The notes: generated from the letters alone by a model not told the origin. Counted from the first letter of the stretch, positions 1 to 8,556 are shown. The stretch: 10,418 nucleotides of DNA from an uncultured archaeon (GCA_964426185.1 CAYRPF010000081.1:2743-13160); one strand, 5' to 3'. Made by a program: numbers and translations.

Positions 1-43
1 TAAATTTCAACTCATTTAAATAGATAGATTTTTTAGAGTGAAG

Positions 44-57
44 CGAAAAGCTATAAT
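44..57 (+). promoter_or_regulatory. Putative archaeal promoter (BRE + TATA-like box) of gene 1
   Basis: CGAAAAG immediately followed by CTATAAT, about 50 nt upstream of ATG 108; resembles a purine-rich BRE next to a TATA box. Confidence 0.45.
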
Positions 58-95
58 TCAATAGAAGATATGAATGACGTATAACATATTGATAG

Positions 96-101
96 AAGGA
101 G
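96..101 (+). promoter_or_regulatory. Shine-Dalgarno site
   Basis: AAGGAG 6 nt upstream of ATG 108. Confidence 0.7.
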
Positions 102-107
102 AATAAT

Positions 108-3100
108 ATGTCTCTAAAAGAACAAGTCCCTAAAATATACGAACATTATGGTTTGACGGAAGAAGATTTAGATGTATATGTTGTTTTTCTGAAATATACT
201 CAATCGACTGTTTCAGAAGTGGCAGGAATTTTAAATAAATCCGATCCATCGAAAATTCAACCCATTGTTGATAAATTAGAACAGTTAAAATTTATTCATA
301 AAATTCCTGGTATTGTAGATCGCTATATTCCTCTGGAACCATACTTAAAATTGTTTGAAAAAGAAAATCTTCATTTTCGCGATGAAGTATCGGAAATTAA
401 AGATAATGTTTTGAGTGATCAAGCCTCTCGTTTCGAAAATTTAGAATCGAGCGAAAATTCAACTTCAGAACAAGTGAAATCATTTGTAGAAACACAAATT
501 TCGGAAATATTTCGGGAAAGCGATGATCAAGATGTTGAAAAGAAAAATTTGCTGGAAAATGCCACTAAAAGATTTACAGAAACGAGTAAAGTGGTAGAAC
601 AACAAATTGAACAATTTACCTTTAAAGCTCGTGATGATTTTGAGAATACTCGCCTAGCATATACCGAAAAAGTTCGTAAAACCACTGAAAATGCCAGGGA
701 TCGATTAAAAGACAGCTGCATTAGTTTGGAAAATGAAATTCAAACAGATGTATTCCACGCGCGTGATCGATTTCAAGATACCACCACACAAGTGGAAGGT
801 GAGATTCAGGCCATCTTGTTTGCCAGTAGAGATAGATATGAACAAACTTCACTTGATTTAGAAAAAGATTTGCACGAACACATAGATCATAATTATGAAC
901 AATTCAAATCTGCTGTTAATTCTCATGACACGCAGGTGAATGAAACCATTGATGGACATATCGGGAAGTTTAAAGCCGACAAAGAAATTTTTAATAATCA
1001 AATTGAAGAGTTCACTTCCACTCACAAAAATACCTATCAACAATTTGAAACCGATATCCACGCCATGATTGATACTCTCAACTCGGATTTAAAAAATATC
1101 GCGGAGGATTTCAAAAAAACTTATGATAACACAACTGTTGAGCACAAGAATATTTGGAATCAAATCGTTGATGATCTTTTAAAGGATTACGGATCACGGG
1201 TTCTAAACTTGGAAACTGAATGTAAGAAACAGTTAGATGAACACGTAGAACTTCATAAAGAAAATGTGTCCGAATTGCATCCGAAATTGCAAGAAACTTT
1301 GGAAAACTACTTGCTACGTATGAAAAATGTAGTTGATTCCTTAAAAGTCGAGTTTTCAGAACTATTGAAGAATCAAATTCAGAACAATCAAAATTTTACC
1401 TCCAAAATCCAAACTGACATTAAAGAAAAGATCGAAACTCGACACAGTGAATTAGCTGGGCAAGTACTCGCTTTTAAAAATTCTGCTGTGGAATTAATTG
1501 ACAATCTTAAAGATACCAGTGATAGATATGAAGGTTTGGCTAAAGATTTGGCTAAACGCGGCAGTGCATGGAAAGCCTTGTTATTTGGGAAGCATAAAAA
1601 ATTCTTGGATAATTATAATGAAATTCAAGAGCGAATTGGCAAGATATCAGGATCAATGAAAGCCACCTTTGAAGAAAGCACAGCTAATTATATTCAGCGA
1701 ACAGGAGAAACCACTTCTCAAATTAAAAAAGATGTAGATTCTATTGTGGCCAATGAAACCCAAAAGATGACCACCGATATTAACAACCTTGATGCAAAAC
1801 AAAATGAAACATTGGGTTTAGAATTGAACGATCTTGCTCATGATTTAAATGAAGAGACCACGTCACTCTTTCAACGTAATGTAGAACACTGTCAAACAAC
1901 TACCACTCAACTAAAAGATAAATTGGAATCGTCATTACATACTCATCACGATGATTTTGAACTGGCTTTTAATAAACATCGCCAGAATGTATTACAATTC
2001 AGTGATGAAACGAATTCTACTGCTAATTCCAAAATTGAGAAATGGTATAGTTCGATGGATTCTCGACATAATTCCGGTAAACAAAAAACTTCCGAAATAG
2101 TTCAAAATCATGATCAAAATGTTTTAGCCTATAAACAGCAAGTAACTGCCAATAACGATGAACATATCAGACTTTTAGCCACTGAAATGAGTGAATTTAA
2201 AAATCAACAAAGGAAAATCTTTGATAATCAACTCGGTATCATCCGTTCTGATTTTGATGGAACCAAGCAAACAATTTCCAAGAGTATTCATACTCAAATC
2301 GATTTAATCAAAAATGAAATTCAAAACTTGGATAACATGCAGCACCAGAAACTTGATGAGCAAATGGCTCTAGTCAAACAAGAATTTGAACATTTGGACA
2401 AACTGCAACATGAAAAGTTAGATCAGGAAATTGAAAAATTTACCAATGAAGTGGCTCAAATTAATAAAGTTCAGCAAGAGCAAATCGACCAACATATTGT
2501 CAAATTCAAAGAGATTATTGCCATTTTGGATTCCCAGCAAAAAGATGAGATCGATGGGCAAATTTCACTGGTGACGAATGAATTTCAACAACTGGAAAAT
2601 GATCTTCATGTGTTGTTGGAAAAGCGTAAGGCCGATTATCAAGAGAAACTAAACAATCTAAAAGCCGATCTCATTAACACTATGCATGAGAATATTCAAG
2701 ATACTAAAGATGCGATCGCAGACTTTACTTTAAATTTCATGAATTCGATTGATGAAGCCATTGAAATTGCCGAGGAAAATGTTAATGAACTTGCAGCTAT
2801 CAGCGATGCTTCTAATCAGATTATACCGTTGGGGCACAGTGCGACCTGGCATGTTTTTGGGACTCAATCTCTAATTGAATCTATTATTTCAGCTCTAAAA
2901 CGCACTAAAAGTACTATTACAATTATTACTCCCACAGTAGAACCAAAAGTACTGGAAGCTCTCTCACAAGTAGCTTATGAGAAAAAATCTGCCCGCTTTT
3001 TATATACCACAAATTGGGATTTAGGTAAATACGGACCGATTGTGGAGAAGATGAAAGTATTTGGAAACATTCAGTTTCGTAATTTGAAGAGTGCGAATGA

Positions 3101-3260
3101 TTTTTGGGCACTGAATAGAGACGGTGAGGAAATTGTTTTATGCCCTAAGGCAAATGATGAAAAAGACTTGATTGCGATTGTTTCAATTCAAGAGGGATAC
3201 GCCCAAATCTTTGGAAGTTTCATATATCCCATTTTTCAAGCCAATTCTCGCCCTATTTAA
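108..3260 (+). CDS. TrmB-like protein with giant coiled-coil insertion (wHTH, ~830-aa hendecad coiled coil, non-catalytic PLD-like effector domain)
   Basis: The N-terminus YGLTEEDLDVYVVFL..TVSEVAGIL..IVDKLEQLKFI..RYIPLEP fits the TrmB wHTH pattern. Residues 79-906 are helix-forming and E/Q/K/D-rich with a single Pro (P392). The C-terminus TWHVFG..IISALKRTKSTITIIT..RDGEEIVL fits the PLD-like TrmB middle domain and lacks HxKxxxxD. SD site present. Confidence 0.8.
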   Translation: MSLKEQVPKIYEHYGLTEEDLDVYVVFLKYTQSTVSEVAGILNKSDPSKIQPIVDKLEQLKFIHKIPGIVDRYIPLEPYLKLFEKENLHFRDEVSEIKDNVLSDQASRFENLESSENSTSEQVKSFVETQISEIFRESDDQDVEKKNLLENATKRFTETSKVVEQQIEQFTFKARDDFENTRLAYTEKVRKTTENARDRLKDSCISLENEIQTDVFHARDRFQDTTTQVEGEIQAILFASRDRYEQTSLDLEKDLHEHIDHNYEQFKSAVNSHDTQVNETIDGHIGKFKADKEIFNNQIEEFTSTHKNTYQQFETDIHAMIDTLNSDLKNIAEDFKKTYDNTTVEHKNIWNQIVDDLLKDYGSRVLNLETECKKQLDEHVELHKENVSELHPKLQETLENYLLRMKNVVDSLKVEFSELLKNQIQNNQNFTSKIQTDIKEKIETRHSELAGQVLAFKNSAVELIDNLKDTSDRYEGLAKDLAKRGSAWKALLFGKHKKFLDNYNEIQERIGKISGSMKATFEESTANYIQRTGETTSQIKKDVDSIVANETQKMTTDINNLDAKQNETLGLELNDLAHDLNEETTSLFQRNVEHCQTTTTQLKDKLESSLHTHHDDFELAFNKHRQNVLQFSDETNSTANSKIEKWYSSMDSRHNSGKQKTSEIVQNHDQNVLAYKQQVTANNDEHIRLLATEMSEFKNQQRKIFDNQLGIIRSDFDGTKQTISKSIHTQIDLIKNEIQNLDNMQHQKLDEQMALVKQEFEHLDKLQHEKLDQEIEKFTNEVAQINKVQQEQIDQHIVKFKEIIAILDSQQKDEIDGQISLVTNEFQQLENDLHVLLEKRKADYQEKLNNLKADLINTMHENIQDTKDAIADFTLNFMNSIDEAIEIAEENVNELAAISDASNQIIPLGHSATWHVFGTQSLIESIISALKRTKSTITIITPTVEPKVLEALSQVAYEKKSARFLYTTNWDLGKYGPIVEKMKVFGNIQFRNLKSANDFWALNRDGEEIVLCPKANDEKDLIAIVSIQEGYAQIFGSFIYPIFQANSRPI
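561..890 (+). repeat. Five in-frame 22-aa (66-nt) degenerate repeats, N-terminal arm (aa 152-261)
   Basis: ATKRFTETSKVVEQQIEQFTFK / ARDDFENTRLAYTEKVRKTTEN / ARDRLKDSCISLENEIQTDVFH / ARDRFQDTTTQVEGEIQAILFA / SRDRYEQTSLDLEKDLHEHIDH, starting at 561, 627, 693, 759, 825. Confidence 0.85.
2208..2603 (+). repeat. Five to six in-frame 22-aa degenerate repeats, C-terminal arm (aa 701-832)
   Basis: QRKIFDNQLGIIRSDFDGTKQT / ISKSIHTQIDLIKNEIQNLDNM / QHQKLDEQMALVKQEFEHLDKL / QHEKLDQEIEKFTNEVAQINKV / QQEQIDQHIVKFKEIIAILDSQ / QKDEIDGQISLVTNEFQQLEND. Confidence 0.85.
2915..3066 (+). repeat. 152-bp direct repeat, copy 1 (inside gene 1)
   Basis: Identical to 6043-6194 except C3036/T6164; offset 3128 bp. Confidence 0.95.
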
Positions 3261-3344
3261 GTATAAGTTAAGGACTTTGGGGTAAAATTGGAAGAAATAA
3301 ATCAATAAATCTAAGCATTACTGAAATAACCATGAAAAAAATTT

Positions 3345-3498
3345 TTTTCCTTCTATAGTTCTCTTCGAGCATTTTCCAGTGAAGTTCTCTAATTTTCCTT
3401 CTAAGATCGGCGATCTTCACAATGATTGGTTCACATTGAGAAAAATCGTCAAAAATCTTTACAATTAATTTCTTCAATTCCGTTCCAATTTTTTCATT
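3345..3498 (-). pseudogene. Probable remnant of the C-terminal half of a DUF47 (PhoU-like) phosphate transport regulator
   Basis: The frame reads NEKIGTELKKLIVKIFDDFSQCEPIIVKIADLRRKIRELHWKMLEENY, resembling the second helical repeat of DUF47 and complementing the N-terminal remnants at 6565-6821 and 8626-8771. Assigned by pattern only; boundaries approximate. Confidence 0.5.
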
Positions 3499-5489
3499 AT
3501 AAATAATTCTTTCAATAAATTTTCAAGATTTGGCACATCACGTGATTTTAGTACACTTCCTGTTTTCATTGAAAAGTTTAATTTATCTATAGTAGAATGT
3601 GTTTTTTGAACTTCATCAATGAACTTTGTAAATCTCTTTTTTGCTAAATATGATTGCCCTAAAAAGATATAACAAGCCATAAAAGGTGAAATATGCTTCA
3701 TCAAAATAGAGTAATCTCCAAAAACAGCTCGATCAAAGCCTTTAGAGAAAATTTCATCACTAAAACTGTTAAAAGCAGATAAAAATCCGCTAAACAAATT
3801 TTCATTTACATTCCATTGATCATCAAAAGTTTTTTTATAAAGTGGTAATCCATTTTCTGTTAGTATCATGATAAAAACTGGATCTTCCTCATGGATTTTT
3901 GGTTCTTCTTCAAATCCATTTCTGTATAACATAGAATTTATTTGCTTATCGATTTTAATTTTGTTTAATCTTTCTTCAATTGGGGCATTATCTGATCGCA
4001 ATTTTTTCCAAGCAGCTAAATTACTAACAAGTTCATCATTTTCATTTGAAATTTTTATGTTTAATTTTTTTAATCCATAGGTTTCTGCGATATTTTGCCC
4101 TTGGCTAAGAAATTTTCTTGCGGAATCAATATCTAAAGATAATAAAGCCAATTTAGATTTCAATAGTAATGTATCTCCCATAACCCAATAAGAGCCTTGA
4201 TTATCAGCAATTTTGAATAATCGATCAATAAGAAGATTTAATTCATTCAAAATTTCAGAATTCTTTGATGTTTTAAATTCAAGAACCAGCATTTCACATA
4301 GATTTACCATTGCACGAATTGTTATTTCTACAATAATAAACTCTTCTTCTGAAATTTCCTTTAAAATTCTCTGAGCTTCTCCCAAATCGCGAGTCCTTGA
4401 GCTTTTTCTTAGAAAAAGAGCTTTGATAAACCTATAAATTAAATTTATCTTTTTGTTATTTTCCTTTAAATTTATCTGTTCAATACGATCTAAACATTCT
4501 TTAGCAGACTTTAAATCACTTTTATTAAGATATGCATGGAATAATCCTTCTATTAAATTTGCAATTTCCGTTTGATTTCCCATTTTTTCTGCAATTATCA
4601 AACATTCCTTAAAACAGTTAATTGCTTTATCCCATTCTGCGAGATTAATGTAGTTGCATCCTAGGTTATTCAAAGCCATATAATAAACCATTTTTCGATT
4701 GTTTTCTTTGGCAAGTTTTATTGCATATTTTATATTATCTACTGCTTTGATGAGTTCTCCTTTTAGTGTGTAGATCATACCATATATGATAAAAACACTG
4801 ATCTTCCAATCTATAAATTGATATGGAACTTTAATTTCTGAGAATATTTTGTCTGCTCTTTTTAAAAGAACTAAAGCTTTATCATATTCTCCTAAAAAGG
4901 AATAAGGGCTAGCAGATAATATACAAGCTCCACCTAATCTCAATTTATCCCCAATTTCTTCATATATAGTAATCATTTCACTTGTAATGCTAATAAGTTC
5001 AGATATTTTTCCAAAATTATAATCAATCCATGCTTTTATTCTTAGGTATTGCCCACGTAATTCCATTTTTACAATGCGATCTTCTTTTGGGAGATTTTCT
5101 ATTAACTTTTTGATATTTTCTAATATTTCTGAACTTTTTTCTAAATTCCCTGTTTTTTGTAATAATTCGGTAAAAAGAAAGTATGAATTAATTTTATCTA
5201 TAGAATTCTCAATTTTATTAGCAATTTGATAAGATTTTTCTGCCGAAATTAATGCATCTTGGAATTTATCCTTTATCATTAGAATTTTGCCTATTAAATA
5301 ATAATATATCAATTGTGACTTAATGGATAATTCTTCAATTTGCTCTTGTGTTAATGAATTTAATGAATTTAAAGCAGAATCGAATTTTTCTTCTTTAAAA
5401 TATTGCTTAGCATCAATGATTTCTTTCGGAAATTTATTTCTTTTTTGCAGAAGTTTTTTCAAAAAAATCTTAAAAGATTTTTTAACCAT
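3474..5489 (-). CDS. TPR-repeat protein with C-terminal longin-like domain
   Basis: TPR-like motifs (ALNNLGCNYINLAEWDKAINCFKECLIIAEK; GMIYTLKGELIKAVDNIKYAIKLA). The C-terminal PVFIMILTENGLPLYKKTF..LFSGFLSAFNSFSDEIF..DRAVFGDYSILMK..ACYIF..LAKKRFTKFIDEV has the beta-beta-alpha-beta-beta-beta-alpha order of longin domains. ATG 5489 preferred over TTG 5504. Confidence 0.85.
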   Translation of the reverse strand: MVKKSFKIFLKKLLQKRNKFPKEIIDAKQYFKEEKFDSALNSLNSLTQEQIEELSIKSQLIYYYLIGKILMIKDKFQDALISAEKSYQIANKIENSIDKINSYFLFTELLQKTGNLEKSSEILENIKKLIENLPKEDRIVKMELRGQYLRIKAWIDYNFGKISELISITSEMITIYEEIGDKLRLGGACILSASPYSFLGEYDKALVLLKRADKIFSEIKVPYQFIDWKISVFIIYGMIYTLKGELIKAVDNIKYAIKLAKENNRKMVYYMALNNLGCNYINLAEWDKAINCFKECLIIAEKMGNQTEIANLIEGLFHAYLNKSDLKSAKECLDRIEQINLKENNKKINLIYRFIKALFLRKSSRTRDLGEAQRILKEISEEEFIIVEITIRAMVNLCEMLVLEFKTSKNSEILNELNLLIDRLFKIADNQGSYWVMGDTLLLKSKLALLSLDIDSARKFLSQGQNIAETYGLKKLNIKISNENDELVSNLAAWKKLRSDNAPIEERLNKIKIDKQINSMLYRNGFEEEPKIHEEDPVFIMILTENGLPLYKKTFDDQWNVNENLFSGFLSAFNSFSDEIFSKGFDRAVFGDYSILMKHISPFMACYIFLGQSYLAKKRFTKFIDEVQKTHSTIDKLNFSMKTGSVLKSRDVPNLENLLKELFIMKKLERN

Positions 5490-5971
5490 AATTTTTTTTC
5501 TCAATTAGAATATTTATATCTAATTAAAAATACCGATGAATTTTAAAATTCAAGGATCAATTTGGATACTCCTTTTTTTTATTCTATTTTCTTAATTTTC
5601 ATTTAATTTATGTATTTGAAGAGTGCTATCTGTTAAAACGAAGAAAAAGTTGTCTTTTTACATAAGAATCTTCTTTTGGATATTTTCTACAAAGTTTTCA
5701 TTCCTAAATACCCAAATTCTAAATTCTCCTTTGTTGGATATACTGGTGTGTTAAAATGTGAGATGAAAAAAGAAAAATGAGAAATCTTCTAATTTATCCT
5801 TCGACTTGAAAATTCATCAAAATACCTTTTTTTTCCTACTTATCGGTTAGTCTTTTAACAATTATTCCTTTTACTCATTCCGCTTAATGTCTGAGAAAAT
5901 GCCATGCGATGACATAGTTAAACGATTACTATGATTAAGTTCGTTAATTATCATCACGTTAAACCGTTAGT

Positions 5972-6004
5972 GCTTGATTGAGAAGAAATTTGATAGAGAA
6001 CTTG
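5972..6004 (-). repeat. 33-bp copy of the histidine kinase 3' end
   Basis: GCTTGATTGAGAAGAAATTTGATAGAGAACTTG matches 8799-8831 at 31/33 positions. Confidence 0.85.
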
Positions 6005-6251
6005 GGACACAGTGCGACTTGGCATGTTTTTAGAACTCAAGTTATTACAATTATTACTCCCACAGTAGAACCAAAAGTACTGGAAGCTCTCTCACAAGTA
6101 GCTTATGAGAAAAAATCTGCCCGCTTTTTATATACCACAAATTGGGATTTAGGTAAATACGGATCGATTGTGGAGAAGATGAAAGTATTTGGAACACATC
6201 TTTAGAAGTATTATATATCCCATCTTTCAAGCAAATTCACTTCTGATATAA
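6002..6251 (+). pseudogene. Internally deleted copy of the 3' end of gene 1
   Basis: 6002-6040 matches 2829-2867 (35/39); 6043-6194 matches 2915-3066 (151/152); 6195-6251 matches 3204-3260 (45/57, including the TAA). Net deletions of 45 and 137 nt. Confidence 0.93.
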
Positions 6252-6254
6252 ATT

Positions 6255-6287
6255 AAGTTCTCTGGAGAACTTTTTTCCTTCTTTTTT
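6255..6287 (+). terminator. Inverted repeat plus T-tract between the convergent gene 1 copy and pit remnant
   Basis: AAGTTCTC-TG-GAGAACTT (6255-6272) followed by TTTTCCTTCTTTTTT, 3 nt after the remnant stop codon. Confidence 0.6.
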
Positions 6288-6314
6288 AATACAATAAATG
6301 GATTAAAGAATATT

Positions 6315-6566
6315 TTATATGATAATCACTCCAATGATCCAATAGCACAGCATAGCCAACAATGCGGCTACTGGAAAAGTTATTATCCAACTTAACACCA
6401 TTTTCCTGAAGGATTTTTTATCTGGTCTTTCATCTTTTACCCTTCCCGCTCCAATTACCGTAAAGATTAAGATATGGCTACCAGAAACAGGTAGTCCTAA
6501 GATAATGGCTAAGAAAATGACAATGCTGGTAGAAATTTGAATGCTAAAGGCATCACTCGGGTGCAT
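6315..6566 (-). pseudogene. pit: 3' remnant of a PiT/PHO4-family inorganic phosphate transporter
   Basis: PSDAFSIQISTSIVIFLAIILGLPVSGSHILIFTVIGAG..MVLSWIITFPVAALL matches the PHO4 C-terminal signature (GxPVSxxH, WIITxP). Only ~83 aa of a normally >300-aa protein remain, joined directly to DUF47 sequence. Confidence 0.85.
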
Positions 6567-6821
6567 TTTCGAACTACAATCTCACACTCATCTACAATTT
6601 TATCCATCTTTTCTTTGGTAAATAACCTTTTAATAATTTGCGATCGGAGCTTATCTTGTTCTTTTTCAATTTTGATGGTTTTTTGAGATTCTTCTTTCTT
6701 TTTAGCGCCATCTTCGACTAAATATGCTTGAATTGCAGCGCTCATGGAATGAAATGCTTTTTCAGTTAAAATTGCATCTTCATTATACAAAGATTGCAAA
6801 CTTGGGATATTTTTTTTTCAT
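6565..6821 (-). pseudogene. 5' remnant of DUF47 (PhoU-like) phosphate transport regulator, copy A
   Basis: ATG at 6821 followed by a frameshift. TIKIEKEQDKLRSQIIKRLF..KMDKIVDECE matches DUF47 motifs (ExExD..I..L; DxIxD), but the segment usually between them appears deleted. Lies upstream of pit as in standard DUF47-pit operons. Confidence 0.8.
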
Positions 6822-6894
6822 CAATCTCTTTACCCTCTAAATTTACCTAAATTTTTATTTCATAAATGGTAGTATTTATAGTTATCTCGAAATA

Positions 6895-6950
6895 TTATAA
6901 ATTTTCGCTTGAGTGAGAAGATTCCTTGGAAGGTGAGATCTGTTATAACT
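6895..6950 (-). pseudogene. Deleted remnant of the histidine kinase 3' end (receiver domain)
   Basis: 6895-6921 matches 8787-8813 (25/27, including the stop codon); 6932-6950 equals 9003-9021 (19/19); about 180 nt missing between them. Confidence 0.85.
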
Positions 6951-6996
6951 TGATAAAAATTTTATAAAAAAACGTCGTTATTTTGTATATTTTTTA

Positions 6997-7048
6997 TTTT
7001 TATTTTCAAAAAAGTAAAAGTTTTTATTTTCAAAAAAGTAAAAGTTTT
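6997..7048. repeat. Perfect 24-bp tandem duplication upstream of gdhA
   Basis: TTTTTATTTTCAAAAAAGTAAAAG at 6997-7020 and 7021-7044, followed by TTTT. Confidence 0.9.
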
Positions 7049-7185
7049 ACTACAAGCAATTTTTTAAAAGTGTTGCCCACGTTTGACCCATTTCTGTCAT
7101 AACATCCTCAAATTCTTGTATTTATAGGTTAGACATAGGCAAAATTTTCTCAAATAAGCGTGAACAAGGAACTACAAAATCTTGA

Positions 7186-8556
<1,371 letters not shown>

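Noticed and set aside
527-3111. Short antisense ORFs 527-721, 858-1061 and 2926-3111
   Set aside because: Shadow ORFs opposite a long, coherent gene, with no recognisable motifs.
108-3260. SMC/Rad50, kinesin or active phospholipase D/nuclease
   Set aside because: No Walker A/B, ABC signature, CxxC hook, motor motifs or HKD motif.
3868-5508. Plus-strand ORFs 3868-4080 and 5323-5508
   Set aside because: Antisense shadows of the TPR gene with F/S/I-biased composition.
5614-5626. 13-bp match ATTTGAAGAGTGC to gene 1 (3082-3094)
   Set aside because: Too short, does not extend, and is out of order with the other remnants; plausibly chance.
5505-5900. Hidden gene, IS or ncRNA upstream of the TPR gene
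   Set aside because: Only very short frames and no transposase motifs, terminal inverted repeats or tRNA-like fold visible. A decayed remnant cannot be excluded without a search.
6002-6251. DGR template/variable repeat pair with the gene 1 3' end
   Set aside because: Several mismatches are A in the copy, but many are not (C/T, A/C, T/C). Many are synonymous, there are large deletions, the core is nearly invariant, and no reverse transcriptase is in the window.
5978-6799. ORFs 5978-6205, 6315-6566 and 6509-6799 as intact small genes
   Set aside because: They are chimeric or truncated remnants of gene 1, pit and DUF47.
6922-6931. NrpR nitrogen operator upstream of gdhA (TTCCTTGGAA)
   Set aside because: Half-site order and spacing do not match GGAA-N6-TTCC, and it lies within the kinase remnant.
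6997-7048. CRISPR array
   Set aside because: Two abutting repeats with no spacer and no cas genes.
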